A stretch of DNA of 64,000 bases. Origin: Moniliella sp. 'wahieum' (Eukaryota). The notes beneath the pieces were generated by a model, which was not told the DNA's origin, did not search any database, and saw only the letters and a program-made list of their open reading frames with translations. The translations under genes and the position numbers were made by a program. The stretch lies in assembly GCA_003971905.1 (NCBI GenBank), contig RSEE01000001.1, forward strand, positions 1,674,001 to 1,738,000. The letters are read 5' to 3'. Shown one piece after another: positions 23,447-33,700 of this stretch (its first letter is position 1; every line of letters starts with the position of its first letter).

Positions 23447-25052
23447 ATGGCATCCAAGTCGGTTTCCTCGACCACCAAGGCTCTCGGTACGTCTCTTGGT
23501 TCCCTTCCACTGCGTCGCGCTTGTTCTGACTCCCATCGTGGCCCCTTTCAGCAACCCCAGCCAAACAGAAGAAGGTTCACTTGAGCAAGAAGCACAAGCG
23601 AGCTCCCCCTCCCCCCTCTTCTTCTTCCTCTTCCTCCTCATCCGAATCAGAAAGCGATTCCGATTCCGATTCCGATTCTTCGAGCAGCTCCAGCTCAGAA
23701 GAGTCAGATGTGGAGATGGCGGAGCTTGTCTTGGTTGCACCCAACAGCAGCTCCGACAGTGACAGCTCCTCCGACTCTGACTCTGACCGACTCCGACTCC
23801 GACTCCGACTCGAGTTCCAGCTCGAGTTCTAGCTCCAGCTCGTCCTCCGATTCGGATTCGGATTCTGACTCCGACTCCGACTCCGACTTGAGCGATTCGG
23901 ACCACCAACCGGGCCAAATTCTCATCTTGCAGCAGGGCCATGAGTCCAGTTCCTCCAGCTCCAGCGACTCTGATTCGGATTCTGACTCTGACTCGGACTC
24001 GGACTCGGACTCGGACTCGGACTCTGACTCGGACTCGGACTCGGATTCTGACTCGGACTCTGACAGCAAGGGCGCCGAGGTTGTGGCTGTGGCCACTGCG
24101 GAGGTGAGTTCGTCGGAGTCGGATTCTGATTCTGATTCGGATTCCGATTCGGATTCCGATTCGAGTTCCAGCTCCAGCGACTCGGATGATGAGGAAGAGG
24201 AAAAAATGGTCCTTGTAGCCCACGAGGTTCCAGAGGAAGAGTCGGACACTTCAAGCACGTCTACGGGGGAGAGCATCAACACGGCCGAAGCAGCCGCTGT
24301 GGTCGTTGCCGAGCCGGACTCGGATTCGGATTCGGATTCGGATTCTGATTCGGACTCGTCCAGTGATTCGAGCTCCTCCAGCGACTCGGACTCGGATTCC
24401 GACAGCTCTGACTCTGACAACGACGAGCAAGGCGCGGTGATCGTTGTCCAAACCAAGGGAGAAAGCTCCGATTCGGATTCGGACTCGGATTCGGACTCGG
24501 ATTCGGACTCGGATTCAGATTCGGACAGCGACGACAACGACGCCCACGAGGGTGTAATCATTGTCGACGAAGGGAGACGACTCGGACTCGAGCTCGAGTT
24601 CTGACTCTGACTCTGACTCTGACTCTGAATCTTCTAGTGATTCGAGCTCGGACTCGGACTCGTCTAGCGACTCGAGCTCCGACTCGGACAGTTCGAGCAG
24701 TTCGGACTCGGATTCCTCCAGCGATTCGGATTCGGACTCGGACTCGGACTCGAACGAAGAGCAAGTGGTATTGATTGTTGAAGAAAACAACTCGTCTTCC
24801 GATTCGTCTGATTCTTCATCCGAATCCGACTCTGACTCCGACTCTGACTCGTCTTCCTCTTCGGAGGAGGAGGTGCCCCAGAAAAAGGTGGCTGGTCACA
24901 AGAGGAAAGCCTCCCCATCTTCGGATTCCGAGTTGGAGCCAGTAGAATCTGCCAAGAAACGGTCCAAGAAACGTGCGCTTCCTATGCCTGTGCCCCGCGG
25001 CCACAAAGAGCGAAAGGGATCCAAGTCGTCGCGCAAGTCTCAACGGGCCTAA
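23447..25052 (+). CDS. Ser/Asp-repeat intrinsically disordered protein with basic termini (probably nuclear/nucleolar); intron 23487-23551
   Basis: [30 protein letters not shown], then (SD)n tracts with varied synonymous codons interrupted by short hydrophobic motifs, and a K/R-rich C-terminus. Two apparent indels. Confidence 0.75.
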
Positions 25053-25779
25053 ATGGGCAATCTGAAGTGTTTTGGTGGCTTGATGAGTGGCGTCCGAACT
25101 TTGAGACATCACTCAACACTCAGTAATGGGCCCATGACCGGTTGGGGCCGACTGGGATAGCAGCGTGCCTGAAGACCGAACACTCTTCAAGTGACTATCC
25201 CCCCAACCTTTCGAAAATCAACAAAAAGCGGACTCGTAATTACGGCTCGCACGACCAATCTGGTGGTCGCATAAACATCTTCCACTCCACTCCACGCCCC
25301 TATCGTCGCTGTTCCTTATCTTTTGCTCGGCGTTTTCATCTCTGCTGCTAATATGAGGCTACGATGCCATGCTTTGCCACTAGGATCCAAAGGCGGACAA
25401 AGAGAAACATAGTTCGGTAGATTGACTCGGTAGATTGACGGTTGCTGCCAATTTGAAGACAGGCCCAGCATCGTAACAGAGAAACGACGGACAATGAAGG
25501 GGACAGCGCCAGCCCTTCGGCCTGCGCCCGCGTTGCCTTTCCGTCGCACAACTGGTCAGGTCTTGTCGTCCAGTTCCATCTCCGAGATAGCCCACAGTTG
25601 CTGCTTGTATCTGGCGAAGTGGCGCGCCTGTATGGCCACCTGTGTTTTCTTTCTCTACTAGCGGCCTATCGTCAACACGAGACTGCCTTTTCAAGAGGCT
25701 GGCTCGGGTTAGGGTTAGGTGGTACTTCTGGGTCGCCTTGTAATGTTGCAACAATCTCAGGTGTTGGGCACATGGAGTT

Positions 25780-26821
25780 GAACTGGTGACTCGCCACCGC
25801 CAGCACCACCACACGAGGTAGCTACGTGGCCAACGTCCGAGGGCAATGGGAACACCCCCCGTCCGTTTCCCCAGAACCCAGCTGATGGTGGCAATGGTAC
25901 CGATCCCGATGCACCGCCCTCGTTTCCCCTCCTGAATGGACCGCAGGTGGCTGCTGCATCCCGAGCTTCTACCTCCTTGTCGCCCGGCGCCCCCTCTGGC
26001 GGTGAGCGGACCGTGGCGAGCGTCGGTTCTTCCTCGTCCGGCAGAGGAAGTGGTAACCTCATGCCTCCTCCCACGGCATCGGGTCCGAGTGTTCCACGCA
26101 CCACGCCTCGCTTCACCTCGGCTTCCGCCTCTCCCTGATGCCCCCGCCACGCACCACAGCCGCCGCGTCGCTCCGCCTTGCCCCCGCGCCAGCTGCTCCC
26201 TCACCTGGTCTCCTCGCTGCCGGTGCGCCGCGATCTAAGCGCGCCAAGGTCGCACTCGCTCCTGGATTTGGACCGCTGGACTGGGCTCGACTCAAGAGCA
26301 GTGGAAAGCCTGAGCTGCGAGTACGTCTGGTCTTCCTTCCTTTTCCGTGCTGCCTAGTCCCCTACGTCCGATACAGGCAAGGCGGGGCAGAAAGGAATAG
26401 AACTGACTTGACTGTACCTATCCCTACCCTTCCCCTTTCCTCTTTGGCAGGCTGGATTTACTGAACTACAACGCATCACGCGCGAAGAGCTCAAGAAACA
26501 CAATACACCTGACGATGCCTGGTCTGCGTTCCATGGCAAAGTGTACAACTTGACGCCGTACTTGCGTTACCACCCTGGTGGGGTGGAGGAGCTGATGCGG
26601 GTGGCAGGGCGGGATGGGACACGATTGTTCAGTACGTTTTACTTCTGGATAGGACTCCACTTTACTGCTGTTACGCATTGCTCGTTGCTCGTTGCTCGTT
26701 GGCTAGTTCGCTAGGTGTGCCGCACCCATGCTGACGTTGCTGTTCCTCAGTGCTAACCCATTCTTGGGTCAACATTGAGGCTATGATTGATACTACTCTC
26801 ATCGGCTTCTTGGCCCCTTAA
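25780..26821 (+). CDS. Cytochrome b5-like heme-binding domain protein (Irc21-like); two introns; start uncertain
   Basis: KVALAPGFGPLDWARL, ITREELKKHNTPDDAWSAFHGKVYNLTPYLRYHPGG..ELMRVAGRDGT.LF, HSWVN...IGFL*. Confidence 0.85.
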
Positions 26822-27392
26822 GATGCCAGCTGTTTTGACCAATGTCCAGGTCTGCATATCCTCCCTGCCGTCCAAATATGAACGCGCTCCCCTGTCAACG
26901 CCGCCTTAGCTTCGAGGAGCTCGATGGGCGGCTCTCATGCACTCATGCCCGAAGCCTGAAGCACGGAGAACTCCCACGGCAAATGCTAATCAGATACCTT
27001 CCTTCACAAGCCTCTCACTGCACATCGCTCCCACAGCCTTCCTGCGGGGGCCGTATTCGCGACCACCTGTACGGGGAACAAAATGACGCATGAGCCTTCA
27101 CATCTAGCCTACGATACCAAAGACAGTTTTTAAGACCAAAAGGAATCTTTTGCTTGAGGGAGGGGGAACAATGGTTCGAGAGAGCCATAATCAAGGGGTT
27201 GGGATAGACCTAACAGGCCACGGTGCCGAGCAAGGAAACACTCGCTACGATACGCATGTGCGTGGGAATGGGACAGCCATAAAGGCAACATGGGAGGTGC
27301 ATGGATGCAAATAGAGACACATTCATCGTTGCGACTCAGAAATGGATAAAACACCAATCCAATCGGAACGTGATTGGAAATTCACTTTGCGC

Positions 27393-27836
27393 TTAGGTGT
27401 TGGGGTTCATGCGGCGCTTGCCGTTGGGAGCGAGCGTAGCGTTGACAAAGCTACAAGCAGAGAAGAGTCAGTACGAAAATAACCGATAACGCGAAGACAG
27501 GGGTAAACGTACCGGCGCGTGTAGAGCAGGCGCTTCTTAGCGCGGCCCTTGGGCAGCTTCTTCTTCTCCTGAGGCTCGACCTTGGGGGTCTGACCCTTGA
27601 CCTTACCGGCACGTGCGAGGGAGCCGTGAACTTTGCCCCTGCAAAGACGACATTGGTCAGTTCACCCGCGATACAAGGGGGGAGAGAGAGCAGGGATGAG
27701 TGCCAGCGTCCGACACATCACTCCAGGCCGAGGGAATCGCATCCTCAGGCTTTCGGAGGCACGGCCGCGAGGAGGAGTGATCGGACGGACGCCGGCAGCC
27801 CGCGGGCAGCAAAAAGGGGGTGGGAGGGACATACAT
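27393..27836 (-). CDS. RPS30: 40S ribosomal protein S30 (eS30); intron 1 (27639-27834) splits the ATG; intron 2 about 27451-27512
   Basis: [46 protein letters not shown]...RRMNPNT*. Confidence 0.95.
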
Positions 27837-28090
27837 GTTGATGGTCTGGAGGAAAGGTGTGGTGGCAAACCCGAGCGGGCCTTAGCAAGGGCCGAGGCGG
27901 CCGCCGTACCCGCTAGGGTTATGACGTTAGCCACTCAATTTTGCGCCGGCTGCGGCACCAACCCTAACTAGTTTTGCTTGGGCTGCTGCGGCTTCGCCCC
28001 CGTTTTTCTCCCGCAGAACTTTGCGCTCGGACAGTTTACCGCCATCACCACCCCTCCCTCTCACTTTTGCCCGTCTTCGCCGTACCCGTC
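27837..28090. promoter_or_regulatory. Bidirectional ribosomal-protein promoter with inverted telobox-like sites
   Basis: About 255 bp between the divergent starts. TAGGGTT at 27914-27920 and AACCCTA at 27960-27966. Confidence 0.55.
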
Positions 28091-28651
28091 ATGATTATCC
28101 CCAAGGACAACCGCAAGAAGATCTACTCGGAGCTGATCCAGGAGGGTGTCCTGGTCGCCCCCAAGGACTTTGAGACGACCCACCCGTACCTCGAGCTGCC
28201 CAACCTGCAAGTGGTCAAGGCGGCCCAATCGCTCACTTCGCGTGGCTACCTCAAGACTCAGTTCAGCTGGCAGTGGTACTACTACACCCTCACTCCGGAG
28301 GGTCTGGACTACCTCCGCGAATACCTCCACTTGCCCGCGGAGATTGTGCCGGCGACGCACAAGCGCCCGGCGCGCCCGGCCCGTGCTGCTGGTCCCCCGG
28401 CTGGTGCGCCCGGTGCCTACCGTCCCCTCGTCCTTCGGGCGCTGGAGAGTACCGTCGCAAGGACGCTGCTCCCTCGGGTGACTACCGCCCCCGCTTCTCG
28501 GGCAACCGTGCTTAAAAAGTTGGCACATGAAGAGGCCATGCGGTCGTTTCGTTGATTGCACGCTCGGATCCCCGTTTGGATTTCCTGTTTTCGTCCTTGC
28601 TGATGCTGCTTTTGTTGCTTCCCCCTCTTAGCTCGAGCGTCGGGTGGCTAG
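28091..28651 (+). CDS. RPS10: 40S ribosomal protein S10 (eS10); probable 3' intron about 28508-28631
   Basis: [12 protein letters not shown]...EGVLVA.KDF...[52 protein letters not shown]. Confidence 0.95.
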
Positions 28652-29063
28652 CCCTTAGCGATCAACGTCGCCCGTGTGGCCTGTACATCTATTCTGGGTG
28701 TTCGCATTTGCTTTCATGATACCTCTTGTGGTTGCAAACTGTGTACGCTTGTTGTTACTTCCCTGTCCCCTTTATGACATGTATGCCTGTATACTGTCCT
28801 TAAATGTGTGTGTGTCCTATAGTTTTTGGATGGGGCGAGGGTGAGAGAACTGGGTATCTCTTACTTGACGGTTAGTTTACCATGTTGCCCACGCGGTGTG
28901 GGGGCGGAGGGTCGTAAGGCACCAGGTATGACAACCTGAATGAAGGGTGTTAAGTAGTAGCTGCCTCAAGCTTGGCTGAGCGATCAGGCTGATCTCGCAC
29001 CCATCTCCAATTTCTTCGTCCCCAGCATCTCGCTCTTTCCCTGTTCCTCCGCTTCGCACCATG

Positions 29064-29224
29064 TGTCAGCGCCATCATGCATGCAGCTGATCACGCATCA
29101 CGCATCGCGCTGTTCTATCCGACTCTCCTCTTATGTTCTGCCCCTAACGGGCTCCTCTCTTGGAATAGATCCATCACCTCCCTCTGTCTTCTTCTTTCCG
29201 TAGGCCTTTGTCCTCGCATTAACA
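29064..29224 (+). repeat. 5' LTR (161 bp)
   Basis: Direct repeat of 34348-34507, running TGTCAGC...CATTAACA. Confidence 0.97.
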
Positions 29225-29234
29225 GGTTGAGCCC
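29225..29234 (+). promoter_or_regulatory. Primer-binding site, half-tRNAiMet type
   Basis: GGTTGAGCCC abuts the LTR. It resembles GGTTATGAGCCC (complement of the tRNAiMet anticodon arm) minus 2 nt. Confidence 0.6.
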
Positions 29235-29332
29235 ACACATCCTCTGAGTAGGCGGAGACTACACCTCTCTCGTCTGCCCGCCTGAGCCCTACTTATATTT
29301 TTTTCCCACCTACCCCCACCCCACACGGCTGA

Positions 29333-30779
29333 ATGCCTGGTCTCCGTTCCGGAGCCGATACTGCTTTTCCACCCCTTTCCAAGAAGAAGCGTAACCCGCG
29401 CGCCGAAAGCATGTCTGCCGACGCCATTCTCCCTGTCGAAGCTACCCATGAGGAGCCCGCAGTTTCCATTCCTCGTGTCGAGGCTACCCAAGAGGAGCCT
29501 GCAGTTCCCCACGCCACCCCGCCGCCCCCGAGCGTCTGGACGGTGAAGACGCCCAAATTGCCCACGATGGCACCCCCCCCTCTGTCGAAGGAAATCACTC
29601 CCCGAAAACCAACCTAACCCACCATGAGCTCATGTTCCTGTTGCATCTTCAAGATTTACACCCCGAGTGGTCTACGGAACAGGCACAAGATGCGATTCAC
29701 GACCTCGCATTCATGCACGAATTTGCTTACTTTGCCCGCAAGTACCGCATTCAAGGTACCGCGGCGCTGATTCCCAATTGGTTTCCCCCAGTTCGAACAT
29801 CTGCCCACAGCCCCAGCAGTGTTGACACTTTCCCACCTCTGGAAATCCCTTCTCATCAGACACGTTCTGTGGAGGAGGAGATGATTAGGGCGCTGGCTAA
29901 AGGAAACAGCTTACCCTCCTGGGAACTCGGAACGACGCACTGGCTTGATTATGACTATGATACGCGCAACCAGCTCTCGGCATACCAGTTCCTGAACCTA
30001 GTCGTCAACGGCCCCTCTTCCCCTGAGGAAGAGCTGATCGACAGGCGGCTCGAGCATGTCCTTTTGACCAAATGTGACTCGACCACGCAGAGTCATGTTG
30101 CCTGCGGTTCGGCCTCAGGCCTGTACCGCAAGATGTGCGAGCGCAATCGTCCCACCCAGGTCAAACTTGAGAGTGATGTCAGTTCCCGCCTGGACACACT
30201 TAAGCCTGCGGCGCATGAGACGGCGCGGAAGTTCCTTGCCCGCATCGAGCGGATCGTGGGTATGGGTGAAATGATTGGACTCCCGCTCAGCGTTCGTGCC
30301 TGGAGCGTTCTTGCCAATAGCTGCCCTGAGCCGAATCGCGTGAAGGAGCAACAGCTCCAGGGCAAGACCCGGAGCCAAGCGCTGCAGTTCTTGAACATCG
30401 AGGACACAGTGCTCGTCACCAAGGCTGTTTCCTCGCACAAGGGCAAAGGAGGGCGCGCAGAGCGCAATGGTACCTGCCGTCTTCACCCCAATGGCAGACA
30501 CGCAGAGGCCCAATGCTGGTCACTGCATCCGGAGTTGAAGAACATGCCGATGTCGAGCAGCTCGAATAACTCCAATACTTCCCATTCGGCCACAGCAGTT
30601 AGTCGCTACGCCAGGCAGGAGGAACCCCTCCGCCACCGATGTACTCGCCCGGCTATATGCCGACGTACTACCCCTCACCTCTGGTTTTACCAGCTCCGGC
30701 ATTCCCACAGCCAACTAGCCCTACCGCGAACGCGCAAGGCCTAGCCCCCGTTTCTTTCCCGCCTCCTGATCGCCAGTAG
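29333..30779 (+). CDS. gag: Copia Gag (two apparent indels), with a CHHC-type zinc knuckle
   Basis: ORFs 29333-29617, 29632-30744 and an open frame 30603-30779. Knuckle CRLHPNGRHAEAQC (C-X2-H-X4-H-X4-C) followed by WSLHPEL. Confidence 0.75.
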
Positions 30780-33700
30780 GAACTCGCGGCAGCCCTGTCA
30801 CAGGGGTTGCCACCACCCACCACTGCGTCTGCGCTCCACAAGCTGGTAGTTGACAGCGGCGCGACGCCGAGCATGGTCCGCTCGCCCGAGGGTTTCATTT
30901 TCCTCGAGCCTGCGACTGGGTGGGTTGAGTTGGCTGGCGCGTCCAGGAAGCTTGCGGTGACAGGCTGTGGGGTGAAGCGGGTTCGACTCCCGGCTTCCAC
31001 AGTCCAAACTGAATGCATCCTTGACTTGTACTGCTTGCTTGTCCCCCAGTTAGACCATGACTTACTCTCTGTACCGCAGGCAAATGCCGCTGGTCATCGA
31101 GTAGAGTTCCTTGCACACCGCCAAGGCGCTGTTATCCATAGCGATCCCGCAATTGTTGCTCGCTACGACCGTATCGCTAATGGCTATGTGGTTGATTACC
31201 ACTGCGACGTCCCCAACGTCCCCATTCAAGCCCACGCCCGTGCCGCCGTGGCCGACTATACCCGGATACTGGCTGCTCATGCCCGCCATGGTCATGTTGG
31301 TTGGCGCCAGCTTCCCCGCCTCACGGCCACGGGGCCAGTTGCGCAACGCATCACTTCCACCCAGGCCCATGCAGCCGAGGCCGACGCGGCCTGCGTTTGT
31401 CAGGCGTGCGCGGCGGGGCGGGGCACCCGACGCCCGTTCCCTGAGAGCCACACGGCACGTGCAGCTGCCCCACTGGCGCACTTGCATGCCGATCTAGTGA
31501 CAGATTGGCCGACGGGGCTGAAGGGTGAGCGCAATTTACTTGTCGTAGTCGACGACTGCACCGGCTATCTCTGGGCCATTCCGCTGGTGCGCAAGAGCGA
31601 CGCTGCAATGGCACTAGCCAACTTAATTCTCCTCGAGGAGCGCCGCCTCCTCGCCCGCCACGGCGCCAGTCTTTTCCGTCTCCACACCGATGGCGGTACT
31701 GAGTTTTCCCGTGTCCCGCACCTCCTCACTGCTGCCGGTCATGCACCGATCCAGCACACCACCACCACCCCCTACACCTCCCAGCAGAATGGCCACGCCG
31801 AGCGCGCCGCTCGCACTATACAGGAGCGTACCCGCGTCCTCCTCGCCGGCGCCCGCGCACCGTCTCAGTACTGGGCCGACGCCGCTGTCGCGGCAGCTTT
31901 GTATGCCAACGTTAGTGTGTCGGCCGCATTGGGCGCCCCCTCACCATTTGAACGCTATCACGACCGCCCCCTCCCACGCAGCTCTTATTTTGGGGCACCC
32001 TGGGGTGCGGCCGGCTGGTGTACTTTGTTAGGTCCCGAGCGCGGCCACCGCGCCGCCGCGCGCCCGCCCTGGCATGCTAGTCGGATTCGATCCGCTCGGC
32101 TCCAAGGGATACGAATTTGAGTTTATCACAGAAGACGGCCACAGCTCGTACAGGGCGTGGTGCACCGACGTCATGTGGGATCCCACAAACCCCGGGCTGG
32201 CGATACGCCAGGCCCAATCGTTGCCGGGTACGCCACCGGATGGGCTTCGCGACCGTCCGGATACACCTGGTGGGGCTGAAGTTTCCACATCTGGTGGGGC
32301 TGAAGTTTCCACACCTGGTGGGGCTGAAGTTTCCACGCCTGGTGGGGCTGAAGCTGCCCCCCGTCGCAATCCGGCTCGGGCGCGTCCCCCCTGATTTCTA
32401 TCAACCCAAGGATGCGCATGCGCCTCCCTTGACGGATGAGCCGCCAGCCGAGCTTGATCCCGATTGGAGCCCAACGGGCCATGCGCGCACCGCGCGTCAT
32501 CCCCCTTTGTCCCACCCAATCCCCCCTACTATTACTGTTTCTTCCCCTGATCCTGCCACCGCATCCCTTACACCAAGCCCGAAAAAGAAAGCCATTCCCC
32601 GCCGGCAACGCCGTTTCGCATCCCTCCCCCGACTGTCGGCACCACTGCTGACGGTGTGCCCCTTGCCCCTCGGACCGAGCGTGAAGCAATGGCCACCTCT
32701 GAGTGGCCCCAGTGGCGCCAGGCCGAACACATTGAGCTTGACGGGCTCAGATCCATGGATGCCTTTGAAGAAGTGCCACGCCCTCCGGCCGGAACGAAGA
32801 TCTTGGGTGCCCGCACCGTCTACAGTGTTGGCGTCACCCCAGAGAATATGTTCCTCAAACGGAAAGCCCGTATTGTGGTTCAAGGAAACCAGGAGGATAC
32901 AAGTGAGTTGCCCAAGGCCCTCACATTCTCGAGTGGCGCAGCACATCAGTCTTTTCGCACCGTAGCCGTGGGAGGTAAAGCGCAAGGCCTCCAGGCATAT
33001 TATTTTGACTGCAAGAGTGCATATCTCCATGCACCCATTCCCTATGAGGTATACGTTAAGCCTCCCGATCGTTTTCTCACCGACAAAGCAAACGTTTGGC
33101 GACTCAAGAAGTCCCTCTATGGCCTTGCAGCCTCCGGCGCTGCGTGGCACCGCCACCTCGCCAGCAAGCTACGAGATATTGGTTTCCGCTCGACGGTAAC
33201 AGAACAGGACGTATGGATACGCAAACGAGCGAATACGACCATCATGCTCGCAATATACTGTGATGACGGAATGGCCATGGCCCCGTCCCAAGCTGCTTTT
33301 GACGCATTCATGGACGAACTCGGTCTCAACATCAAGATTGGCGACAAGGGTCCTCTCAGTAAGATGCTGGGTGTGCACTATGTTACTCGCCCTGATGGTT
33401 TTGACTGCGACCAGCGTGCATTTCTGTTAGCTTTACTCGCCCGCACCGACATGCTCGAGTGCAACCCTGTTCGTTTGCCTATCAATCCTGATACACCTCT
33501 CCCGCCACGTCCACCAGACGAAGCTCCTGCCACTGTCGCCGAGCATAAGCGCTATATGTCGATTGTGCAGAGCCTCAGCTGGGCCGCGCAGACCTGCCGG
33601 CCCGACCTGTCATTTGTCGTACATCTTCTCAGTCGTTGGAACAAGGATCCCTCTGCTGCACACCGCAGCGCCGCACAACATGTCCTGCGCTACCTCCGTG

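Noticed and set aside
23360..24790. Long minus-strand (ES)n and (RV/RI)n ORFs
   Set aside because: These are antisense shadows of the SD hexamer repeats.
23580..24860. Bacterial Sdr/Clf-type SD-repeat adhesin or contamination
   Set aside because: The gene has a canonical spliceosomal intron, basic NLS-like termini, and no signal peptide or LPXTG.
30976..30998. tRNA-like T-arm GGGTTCGACTCCC
   Set aside because: It lies inside the protease coding frame and has no D-arm or anticodon arm at the right spacing.
32263..32352. CRISPR-like array
   Set aside because: Units are contiguous with no unique spacers, the context is eukaryotic and there are no cas genes. The same applies to the two-copy repeat at 11930-12041.
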